This document shows, piece by piece, positions 21,072 to 30,952 of a DNA stretch of 64,000 nucleotides. The notes below the pieces were generated by a model. The model was not told where the DNA came from. It saw only the letters and a list, made by a program, of their open reading frames with translations, and ran no database searches. A program made the translations under genes and the position numbers. Position 1 is the stretch's first letter, and each line of letters opens with the position of its first letter. This stretch comes from Paramoeba atlantica (Eukaryota; Protista; Discosea), in NCBI GenBank assembly GCA_977017575.1, contig CDRNVI010000039.1, positions 310,001-374,000 of the forward strand. The letters run 5' to 3'.

Positions 21072-22518
21072 GTAAGTTGCGAAACGCGAGGTGTCAACAT
21101 TCAAGCCCTTTGCAATAATCCGGCCGTATCGATTAATTCTGAAAGCTTCGTTCTTGAGCGCCGAAACCCTTTTTCTGCTCGTTCGGAGATCAGCGAAATC
21201 GATGATATCGACACTGTCGACCCAGCGTTGCAAGGAGCATCTGGATTATCCGTGGGAACTGCAAAGCGCCCGGAGATTTGCGCATTTTCATTGGCCTCGA
21301 GCGCCGAAATCCCTTTTCTGCTCGGCTGTGGGAAATTGCAAATACGCGGGGCACGCAAGGATTTTCCGAGAATGTGTGCATTCGTGGGCCTGGAAGCGCC
21401 AAGGACCTTTGTCTTAATTTTTCTTTTTACTTTTTCTTAATCTTTTTTGCTTCAGTTGGAGGATGTGGTAATCATGTTGTTGGAAATGTTTAGCCTACAA
21501 GACTTTATCATGGTTTCGACCGCATAAAATATTTTAGAATGTACCAGGGCGGTCATCCTCAGGTGTGGCGACCCCCATTGTTTGATTTTTGTTTTCAATT
21601 TTGGACCAACGGAGTCGTTTTATATCTTTTTGACACATGGTAGGCTAACTATGGAGTGTTCATTGTCACTGGTGAGCCTGCCCACACATTGCTCTTCGCC
21701 GCTCTCCTCGGCGCCCCCTGGCCGCCTTCCTCGCCTGCCCTCCTCGTCTTGGCCTGCCCTCTTCGCCCCCACTCTTGGTCAGCCTCCTGGCCATTCAATT
21801 CGCCCCCCTGCCCCGCCCTCTTCGCACCCTCCTTCACCCATGTGCCGCCATCCTGACCGCCCGTGAGGAAAGTCCGGTGTCTTCTTGTATGATTGGGGGT
21901 TTCGATGCTCTCGTGTTAGAAGATCACGCTTGTGCGTGGAGAACCGGTAGCGCGACCTACGCGTGAAGTAGGAAGCCACAGCTCTTCGGAGCCAACTGGC
22001 CTGAATCACACGCACAGACACACACACGCTGGTGAAGCGACCTAGGAGAGCCTTGCGTCCCCGTACTCGGGCGGAGCCCGAGAGCCGGAGTGGTACTTGC
22101 GGCGCTTGCATGAGGGTAATGCGGGCGCTCTTGTTATCAACAAAAACAACAACAATTTACGACATTCATCTCTCGTTGACGCAGTGCAAAATGCCTTATT
22201 ACTGGGACCGAACGATAGCCTCGGCCTAATCTGCCACTTCCTTGGACAAGACTTTAGAAAATAAAAATAAAGTGTGCCTCCCATGTCCCCCCATAGGGGG
22301 GTTTACGTTGCTATCCTCAAATTACCAAGTCCGAACACCATAGAAGTTCACTGGAAGCGCCTAGAAGCGCCTGGATAGGAGTCACCCCTCTAAGTTCGCC
22401 TTTTGCGTGTGGGAAATCACTCGTGCGCATGTATTCGAGGCTATCAAACGTATTGGGTGGGGGATGCGACCCCAACCACACCATTCTTCGGACCCAAAAA
22501 GACCCCTTTGCATACATT

Positions 22519-22586
22519 CGCGAGTACGGTACTCGGGTACTCAAATGAGTACCTAGGGCCTTGAGTACCCGAGTACCGTACTCGCG
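22519..22586. repeat. perfect 26 bp inverted repeat with 16 nt loop
   Basis: CGCGAGTACGGTACTCGGGTACTCAA / TTGAGTACCCGAGTACCGTACTCGCG. Confidence 0.95.
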
Positions 22587-22654
22587 TACCGTATGCATGG
22601 TACTCGGTGTTACCCGCAGCAAGTAATACGGGAGATAGAAAAATATCATTGTCA

Positions 22655-23060
22655 TATCGGAAGAATTTGGATAGTACTGTGATCCCCTTTTATATTTTAG
22701 AGGGTGATCCCTCCCTTTATACCTACATTTTCATTGCAGACAATGAATCAGCACTCCCCTTATACTTCCAAGAAACTTACACTTCCCTCAACCGTCTTTT
22801 TCTGGTCAACCAAGGAAGAGAACTCAGGTACTTTAAAGGACCTCAAGAGCATTGGAAGCCATTTGGGGAAGATTTACGCTCACGTAACAGGACCCGGTTG
22901 GATGCAAGAGGATATTTTCCCTAAAATCATGTCGACCTACATAGCACTCGTCTGAGATTTAATTGAAAATTCGTATGAATCTAAGGCGGAAGTTAGGAAA
23001 GTGATGTGGTGTTGAAGAGGGTACGAAGATGTATACTGTCATACATTCCAATTACCGTGG
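22655..23060 (+). pseudogene. possible pogo/DDE_1 transposase relic
   Basis: KNLDSTVIPF, TYIFIADNESALPLYF, GPGWMQEDIF and ILSYIP in order across frames. Confidence 0.35.
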
Positions 23061-23094
23061 AAACATTAATTAAGAATTACACTAATTAAGGGAA

Positions 23095-23351
23095 TATGAT
23101 TTTCAAAAAAAACCATAAACTTCCCTGCGCTCGATTTCGAAAAGCAAAAAATTCGAAAAAAAATTTCGCGACGTATGCCCCCCCCTGGACCCCCCATTTT
23201 TTTCAATTTGTTTATTCAATTTTGGACCACCGGAGCCCCCTTTTATATTTTTTTCTTCTATTATATTACTGTGTTTCTATATTTTCACTGTTTTTGTTCA
23301 CTTGTTTTTCAATAATCGAGTGTAGAGCGGCAGTTATGCAACCACCGCAAT
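23095..23351. repeat. dispersed repeat family C, copy
   Basis: ACTTCCCTGCGCTCGATT..TTTTGGACCACCGGAGCCCC..CAACCACCGCAAT shared with the 24.9-25.1 and 29.2-29.6 kb copies. Confidence 0.9.
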
Positions 23352-23415
23352 GTCACATTGTTAAATGGGCCCCTTATACCCACTCATACGTCATGCATAT
23401 GCGAGCAATTATTGA

Positions 23416-24168
23416 TTGCATCTGGAGCCTCTCCGTCCATCTTTAGGTATCTTAGATCCTATCGAGGTCGCTCGTAGTCTGTGCATACGAAGTGCGGAAG
23501 CCTGGACAAAAGCGTTTGGGTTGCAGTGGGCATTGGATTGCCTCCTTGCACTGGGTGACCCCGTTACGTTTATCTCCTTTCTGTCTCAGTCACCTTTGAC
23601 AAACTCTGCCGGGTGTAGCACGGATAAAAAAATGGCTATCCAATTTATTACCGCTGGCAAAATGGGGAGTCCTTCACGAGGTATATGATTCGCACAAACA
23701 TTCCAGAGTGTTTCTGAGGTATTTCGAGGTGCGGAAAAGCTCTGGAGGCTCAAGGAATACAGTAGATGCAAGTCCTGTAAAGGAGATGTGCGCGCCTCCA
23801 CCAGGAGTCAATTTTCTCCTTTTGGAAGAGATTGTTTATTGTATGTTCTTTCTTGTTTTCCGAATGGAAGCTTCCTCACCGCAGACCTCAGACATTGATT
23901 TCATTAAATTAGGATTCCAAGCTTAGTGGGCAAATATTTTCCACTAGATGTTGCGGAAGAATATTCGAAATGAGGACTACCAATGGGATTTTCATGGGTC
24001 TCATACATTGCTCAGTGCACAGCATGGGTCATATTACTACTTTGTGCTCCAACGGGGTACGATGCTCAATTAGTACGCTGTACTACACAAATGCCCCCCG
24101 CTTTCGTGTGGATAGTGCGTGAGAGAACAAATGAAAAGATGGCAGTTCTACTATTGTGGTATGACATG
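23416..24168 (+). pseudogene. decayed reverse transcriptase, DIRS/VIPER/TATE-like
   Basis: YFEVRKSSGGSRNTVD, FLTADLRH*FH*IRI, GLPMGFSWVSYIAQ, LLLWYD; three stops and one frameshift. Confidence 0.8.
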
Positions 24169-24249
24169 CAACCCCCATGGGTCCCCGCACGCAAAAAATA
24201 AAGGGGGGTGCTTTATTCGTGTCGAGGGGTTTATAGGTCCCATACTTTA

Positions 24250-25102
24250 AAAATACAATAGGGGAAACGATTTTGGAAAAATATTTTTTTTGCCATTTTT
24301 TTCGCCAAGTTGAAGTTTTTTTCAAAAAAAAAATTCCGAAAAAATCCGAACTTACCGGACCCGTCGTGCGCATACGAGGGGGGGGGTCACCCCCGGGTAG
24401 GGGGGTGGAAAATACGCGCCAAGACCCCGGCTACCACTTCTGCGTTTTTTTTTCGAAAAATAAGTTTTTCAAAAAAATTTGCTCGACCCCCCCCTCCCAT
24501 GGACCCCCCCGACTCGCACCCTTATCTGTCATAAACGCGGCACCCTTATCTGTCATAGAAACTCGCACCCTTATCTGTCCATTGTAGCAAGATTGCGCAC
24601 GACTTCCAAGGTGCTAACAATCGCTTCTTCACCAGCAGATGAAACCGCTTCATGAGAATTCTCAGAGTCGGGAGAGTCATACAAGAGCGGAGGGCGATAC
24701 TTTAAAATCTCTGTGGAGGCTCAGTGGGGAAGCGTTCCCAAGAACTTCTTTTGGACGCTCATTTATTTCAATTGTATTATGACAGATAAGGGTGCAGTAT
24801 GACAGATAAGGGTGCATTATGACAGATAAGGGTGCATTTATGACAGATAAGGGTGCATTTATGACAGATAAGGATGCATTTATGACAGATAAGGGTGCGA
24901 GTTTCTATGACAGATAAGGTTGCGGGTGCCCCCCTAGACCCCCCATTTTTTTTAATTTTTTTTTTCAGTTTTGGACCACCGGAGCCCCCTTTTATATTTT
25001 TTTCTTCTATTATATTACTGTGTTCCTCTTTATATTTTCACTGTTTTTTGTTCACTTTTTCAATAATCGAGGGTAGAGCGGTAGTTTTACAACCACCGCA
25101 AT
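24250..25102. repeat. family C copy interrupted by FB2
   Basis: Left and right parts are colinear with the contiguous copy at 29208-29608. Confidence 0.75.
24511..24925. repeat. foldback element FB2: inverted tandem arrays around a core
   Basis: 3 copies of GCACCCTTATCTGTCATA at 24516-24581; 7 copies of TATGACAGATAAGGGTGC at 24778-24923. Confidence 0.9.
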
Positions 25103-25267
25103 TGTATTATATTGCGGTGGTTGTTCACAACCTCTTTCTTCTCTATGCTGTTCGGGGTAGGGTGGATCGAGGAGGGTGAGAAAATCTCAAAAAAAGGGGG
25201 GATATGGTCGATGAAGGGCATGCCAGGGATCCTTCATTTTCGCCAGGAGTGTGACTAGCCTAGTCGC

Positions 25268-25345
25268 TACATAGGCTTCTCAATACATAGGTTTCTCATA
25301 CATAGGTTCTCATACATACATCATAGGTTTTTCAATACATTGTAT
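25268..25345. repeat. short degenerate tandem repeat ACATAGGTTTCTCAAT
   Basis: About four imperfect copies. Confidence 0.7.
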
Positions 25346-25478
25346 TGAGATATGCAAATTGCAACAAGAATTAGCTAAATCAGCCTCATATACCAAAGGT
25401 TAGGCTAAAGTCAGGTATCGTGACGTGTGGTTTATTTAAGTTAGAAGAAACTCGCATATGCGGAGAGTTTTCCCTCTA

Positions 25479-26009
25479 TTAGTCTACATTAACACAATCA
25501 TAACTGAGAACTCGATCATGCAGATAGTCACTCACAATAAGTAAGTATTTCATCCATAGCAAAAATGAATGAATCAAAAAACTGATACACCGACTGACGG
25601 TAGAAATTCCCTGCCAGATATGAAACCAACCGTATTGATACAACAAATACATGTCAATTATCCATAGCGGGAGATCTGCTAAGAAATAATATGCCGTCAT
25701 CCCCTTGTAAAGGTTCCTACGTCGTTCTCGGCTTCCACAGGGACTCGTGTTAGCAGCTATAGAAAATGGGCCACTGATGAACCAAAACGTACATTGAGCA
25801 ACGATCAACATTCCCAAGTTTGTGCGCGAAAAGAGAAAAGTAAGACGGCCCATGTGTACCCTTACCCACCATATGTAACTTGTCAGAGATAACATCGTTG
25901 TAGCCAGAGTCCAGTAAATGTAAACCAAAGCCAAATTCGGAGCCGGAATCTGATACGGAACGTATGACTCTGCATCCCCAGTCGATTTCGGGATCTGTTG
26001 AGTTGACAT
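25479..26009 (-). CDS. hypothetical multi-pass membrane protein
   Basis: About four hydrophobic helices; ATG at 26009 preceded by a pyrimidine-rich leader. Confidence 0.75.
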   Translation of the reverse strand: MSTQQIPKSTGDAESYVPYQIPAPNLALVYIYWTLATTMLSLTSYIWWVRVHMGRLTFLFSRTNLGMLIVAQCTFWFISGPFSIAANTSPCGSRERRRNLYKGMTAYYFLADLPLWIIDMYLLYQYGWFHIWQGISTVSRCISFLIHSFLLWMKYLLIVSDYLHDRVLSYDCVNVD

Positions 26010-26466
26010 GGCGTAAGAGGAGGAGAAAAGAGGCGTAATAAGAGAAAAATTATGCAATAAAAGGGGATACAGCAATACCAACAGCCATTTAAAGTGGGAC
26101 CTGTATCACAGGCAAGCTAAATACAAAAGCAAAAAAGAGTAGTACAAGACTGTGACTGATCTTAGAAAACAAAAGAGGCATCTGCAAAGATTGATCAGTA
26201 CATTAGGAGGCCAACTTTCATCAATTCGTATTAAATTGCGGTACTGCATTTACGTTCTAGATAAAAAGTTACAGAAGGAATCTTAGCCCCATAATACAAG
26301 ACGCGACACGCAGCCCACATACAGTTGCATGCAACTTGTACAACTGTACATGCAACTTGTAGACTCCAACTTGTGTACCTGTGTTGCTCTTAGCGTAATA
26401 AAGGGCCTAATAAAAAGCAGGAAGTAACACAGAACTCTTTTAAAAAGGTACGAAAAATAGGAACTA

Positions 26467-27705
26467 TTACTTCCTTTCTACAATTTGAAGAATTGCACAC
26501 CCAACATCCAGCAGTTGAATAGTTTCGTCCGCCCCGTCCATAAGCCTCTTATCTACATCAGCAAACTTTTCACAAATACGAGCGCGCTGGACATTCGAAA
26601 GAGAACAAAGAGTTTGAAAACATACATCATCAGTTTCCATAAAATTTTTAGAGCAACTTCCGGTATCCCGGGCACCCGAGAAAAAGGGTAAAAGATGATA
26701 AAGAACTTGACTCGCACCATAGCCTTGCTGCAACAAAATTTTAGTTTCACGCTGTAAATCATCAAAGTTTCTTGAAAACAAGCCTCGATACATATACCCT
26801 AAAAGGATTTCATCAGGAATAATATTTAAGACGGCGCACAACTCCGAGGTCGTAGGTAAGCGCAAAACACTGCCGTTGCTTACTTCTTTTGTTGTCGTCT
26901 TCGGCTTAGAATATTCTACAACGCTTTGTAACTGTGTGATGGCATTTCGCATGTCTCCACCTGAGGATTCAAATAAAAGTTCAAAAAAATTTCCAGTTTC
27001 GTCTGATGCCTTACGTTGCGCAGTAGTGTCATCCGTAATTTCTTGTGCACTAGAAATGTCGTACCCTTCTGAGATACAAATGTGACCCAGACGTTCAAGA
27101 ACTGCCTCCTTTGGAAGAGAACGAAAACGATATTTGACACAGCGTGAGGTAATTGGATCAATAATGCGAGAAAGATAGTTGCACATTAGAATAAAACGAG
27201 TGCTGGCGGCATAATCCTCCATCATACGACGCAGCGCTGCTTGCGCATCTGGTAGAAGTGCATCAGCCTCGTCAAGTATCACTAATTTGAACGGTGGTAG
27301 AGGGGCTTCGTTTGTAAGAGTATCAGAAGACAGACCAGGTCCAGTAGATCCAGATTTCGAAAATACTAAGCTGCGTTGGTTTCGAGATGCACAATTTCCT
27401 ACGGCATTTTGTACAAAGCGTTTCACCTTTTCTCGAATTACAGCAATGCCACGATCATCCGACGCGTTCAGCTCGCGAACACGAACAGATAGAGTTTCAG
27501 GGTTGTGGCCGAAAAGTTGACGAGCCAATGACAGAGCCGTAGTTGTTTTCCCCGTACCTGCTGGGCCGTGGAACAATAAATGGGGAAGTGCAGCCGCTTT
27601 AGTTGGAGTGCTGATACACTCCTGCAATGCATTGACGACTGCTTCTTGCGAGCATATATCTTGTAGCGCACGTGGTCGGTACTTCTCAACCCAGGGCTTT
27701 GACAT
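26467..27705 (-). CDS. RFC4: replication factor C small subunit (human RFC4 / yeast Rfc2 type)
   Basis: PWVEKYRP; GPAGTGKTT; [10 protein letters not shown]; [10 protein letters not shown]; SRC. Confidence 0.92.
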   Translation of the reverse strand: MSKPWVEKYRPRALQDICSQEAVVNALQECISTPTKAAALPHLLFHGPAGTGKTTTALSLARQLFGHNPETLSVRVRELNASDDRGIAVIREKVKRFVQNAVGNCASRNQRSLVFSKSGSTGPGLSSDTLTNEAPLPPFKLVILDEADALLPDAQAALRRMMEDYAASTRFILMCNYLSRIIDPITSRCVKYRFRSLPKEAVLERLGHICISEGYDISSAQEITDDTTAQRKASDETGNFFELLFESSGGDMRNAITQLQSVVEYSKPKTTTKEVSNGSVLRLPTTSELCAVLNIIPDEILLGYMYRGLFSRNFDDLQRETKILLQQGYGASQVLYHLLPFFSGARDTGSCSKNFMETDDVCFQTLCSLSNVQRARICEKFADVDKRLMDGADETIQLLDVGCAILQIVERK

Positions 27706-27900
27706 TTTAAGTACTGTATTAGTAGCAGAACAAAATAAGCAACGTAATTAAAAAAATTGATTAGTCGGCTGTGACTAAATATTAAGTTCGATTTTAGTAA
27801 GAAGTGATGTTCTAGTACCAATTACTTGAATGTTACACTACTATGAACAAAAGATCATTCGTATGAGAAAGAGGTTATCATTGACAGAATTCAATTCTTG

Positions 27901-28806
27901 CTAACGTGGTTCGTAGTGCGAAGAGATGGGCGCGAGATGCTGTGGCTGCACCGGTTGACGACACAACGGACACTGCGCATTTCCAGAGTTTGCCGAACAT
28001 AGAGAAAGAACGCAATCCCAACAGAAAATATGCCCACATAGAGTAGCGGTAGGAAATTGCCTTGGCCCCAGACATAGAGTACATTCTGGTGCACTGCACC
28101 CTTGCTTTGAAATATTAGAAGAATTGGAAAAGAGAACGGATTTTTGTTCTAGTACGAAAGGATTTTCGTCGCTTATACAGGTAATATTTTCAAGTTGCCT
28201 CTTCGGACCAAGAAAAATTCCGCTAAGCCTTCTTAAGGACGTTAATATGGCTTGAAAAGTACTTTTGCGCATCGCATTGCGTAGTTGAACAAGCAATTGC
28301 ACAAACAGAAGAATACCTAGAAAGGATAAAGTAGCCGACGAGCTATCCCGCGCATGAAGAATTCTTCTAGCGGTGCTGACATAAAATATACCAACAACTC
28401 TTTTTCCGAAATCGCGATACTTTTGCGCGACATAAAAAATAGCTAAGTGAAGCTGTTGAAAATATTCGAATATAGCTTTTCCTCTAGGAAATAACCGCAA
28501 AAAAATGTACTGTCCGCACGTAGAAATCAAAAGAGCGCCCAGTAATCGATTTCGGAAAGGAGGAAATGGCAGAATTTCACTGTGCTCCTCTCCTAAAGTA
28601 GAACGCCTAGACACAGCAGAAGGAGCGAAATACGCTAAGGGGGCCAATAAGTAAAGAATTTCGTTCTCCCATAAATTGACGAGCCGACCGCCAAGAAGCC
28701 TGGTTAAGAGATCTACCACGCGCTCTCTAATGGATTCCATATATTGATTATCTTTTTGCGCCGCGACAACAAGAGATAGTCCACTTGCAGCAGGAAGATA
28801 AATCAT
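27901..28806 (-). CDS. PEX10: peroxin 10 (RING E3 ligase)
   Basis: AAQKDNQY; TLGEE; C-terminal CTLCL..CGHIFCWDC..CPLCRQ. Start estimated at ATG 28806. Confidence 0.88.
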   Translation of the reverse strand: MIYLPAASGLSLVVAAQKDNQYMESIRERVVDLLTRLLGGRLVNLWENEILYLLAPLAYFAPSAVSRRSTLGEEHSEILPFPPFRNRLLGALLISTCGQYIFLRLFPRGKAIFEYFQQLHLAIFYVAQKYRDFGKRVVGIFYVSTARRILHARDSSSATLSFLGILLFVQLLVQLRNAMRKSTFQAILTSLRRLSGIFLGPKRQLENITCISDENPFVLEQKSVLFSNSSNISKQGCSAPECTLCLGPRQFPTATLCGHIFCWDCVLSLCSANSGNAQCPLCRQPVQPQHLAPISSHYEPR

Positions 28807-28918
28807 GAATGAGTAACTGGGCAAGAATTCACTACTTTTAATAGATATGATAGGTACAAAACAACGAAAAAAATGATCCCAGACTATCAAAAAAAATAAA
28901 AATAAAACGATATAAATA

Positions 28919-29027
28919 TTTTTTAGGCTCTTCGTTAAACGCGGTGGCTGTTTTCAACTTAGAAGTCACTCATGCTGCGCGCTTCGCGTTGAAAACTACC
29001 ACCGCGTTTAACGAAGAGCCTAAAAAA
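28919..29027. mobile_element. 109 bp MITE-like palindrome, copy 2
   Basis: 3 mismatches versus 19322-19430. Confidence 0.85.
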
Positions 29028-29207
29028 GAAAAATTTCCAAAAGATCATGAATAATCATTTTTTTTGGGTGAAAAAGCTCGAGTTTTAGGCGAAAATTGCG
29101 AAATTTTAACCCGAGTTTGGGTAGTTTTGGATGCCTTACCAGTCGGGGCAGGAAGCGAATCTGTCAAAAAAACGTCGTAGAATGGTAGCTGAGGGCCCAA
29201 ACTCTCA

Positions 29208-29608
29208 AAATACGTTTTAGGAGTCGATTTTGGAAAAATAATATTGTTGCTTTTTTTTGGATCGTCCCAAAAATTTCGGAAATTTTGGCCTTGTCGAACC
29301 CCTCCTGCGCGTACCAGGGGGGGTACCCCAGGGGGGGATGGAAAATATCGCCGCGGCGTACTCTACATGTACCACTTCCCTGCGCTCGATTTTGAAAAGC
29401 AAAAAATTCGAAAAGAATTTCTTGACGTATGCCGCCCCCCCTGGGTCCCCCCCTAGGCCCCCCATTTTTTTCAATTTTGGACCACCGGAGCCCCATTTTA
29501 CATCTTTTTTTTGTTATATTACTGTGTTTCTCTTTATATTTTCACTGTTTTTGTTCACGTTTTTTGCAATAATCGAGGGTAGAGCTGTAGTTATACAACC
29601 ACCGCAAT
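29208..29608. repeat. family C contiguous copy
   Basis: Contains both halves seen at 23.1 kb and 24.3-25.1 kb. Confidence 0.85.
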
Positions 29609-29984
29609 TAGAAAAGTATTTTTTCTATAACATTTTTCGCAAAAGGAAAAAACAAAGGCAACGTTATAGATTCGATGAAAAAACCTAACTAAACATGCTA
29701 TAAAAATATAATGCCCTCCATTGGTATATCGAATGGCGTAAACACGTTTCAATCGCAGTTTTATATAGTTCTTCTTTTAGTCGAGTTCGGATAGTGGAAC
29801 TACGAGTAATAGGTATCGAAACCTTCACATGTAATCAACATCAATAACATGTTTCGCTTTGCTGAAACTTTTCATCTCATTCATCTTTAATTTTCCATGA
29901 TTTCTACGCTCTATTGCATTTTATTTACGGATAATCCTGGATAGTTTTAGCTGATCTCACAGTTGCTTTATGCTATTGTGCATT

Positions 29985-30293
29985 TTACGCAGAGGCTTTT
30001 GAAATGTGCCGAGGTATGGAAATAGGATCGAGATAGCCCAAATGAAATTTTTTGAGAAAAACTTCAAGATTCACGTATCCATGCACTTTATCAAAAATTT
30101 GGCTGATGTCTCGCCCGAGGTAGGGTAGCAAGATTTTTTGACCACCTGGATGCATTGGAATCCATTCTGTAATATCGTATACTGATCCGTGGTATATTAT
30201 CCACGCATTGTCCAATGAGAAATGGTGTTCAATTTCGCACCAGGGAATCCAGTTTTGTAATTTAGGAGGCGTTGTTCGTTGAACAGCACTCAA
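29985..30293 (-). CDS. cytochrome b5-like heme-binding protein
   Basis: AWIIYHGSVYDITEWIPMHPGG..GRD..FDKVH. Confidence 0.93.
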   Translation of the reverse strand: MSAVQRTTPPKLQNWIPWCEIEHHFSLDNAWIIYHGSVYDITEWIPMHPGGQKILLPYLGRDISQIFDKVHGYVNLEVFLKKFHLGYLDPISIPRHISKASA

Positions 30294-30952
30294 TTTTTTA
30301 TGAAGAATTTCGTAAGCTGAAAAAGAGGTTTACCTAGTAAAAAATCCTACATTTCTTCTCGTCTACATACTTAGTATAATTGCGTAAAAAAGAACTGCAC
30401 CACAATTTAGTATGCGAATGATACATTAAAAAACAATAAAGACCAGATTTATATAAATATGATGGAGGAATTGGAAGAACAAAAATATATAATGGAAGAA
30501 CAAAAATATAATGGGAAAAAGGAGATACAAGATGTACATACATGTACATCTTGTGCACCCATGCGTTTCTTTTACCCACAGAAAATGTGGTTTTTACCTT
30601 TAGGAGAAAAGAATAGGAGAAAAGAGTAAAATGGGAAGAAGCAAAGTGAGTAGTAAAAGTAAAACAACTAAAAGTAAAACAACTAAAAGTAAAACAAGAA
30701 AAAGCAAAACAAAAATATATCGAAGCAAGATTATTAATTCAACAGAGCACGTGGCAAGTATACACAAAATCAGTTAGTTTTGAAATATATTTTAGCTTAG
30801 CAACGTCAGTACGCTAAATGCAGGGCGAATAGAGAAAACAAACGCAAGGCGAACGGAGAATTCCTTTTTGATGTAACAAAGGAACCGTAAAAATACGTGC
30901 TATTGTACACGCTGACTAACGTTTAGTTGGAATTTCCTTTAATTTTGCAGCT

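Noticed and set aside
23896-23973. Stop-codon reassignment suggested by TGA/TAA at W/Q positions in the RT
   Set aside because: Host genes have no in-frame stops; transitions in a pseudogene explain it
17003-24925. CRISPR-like reading of the 18-bp arrays
   Set aside because: Spacers are only 2-8 nt and recurrent, arrays are inverted pairs, there are no cas genes and the context is eukaryotic
30334-30720. 81 aa ORF and A-rich repeats upstream of cytochrome b5
   Set aside because: Low-complexity intergenic, probably polypyrimidine tract sequence on the minus strand
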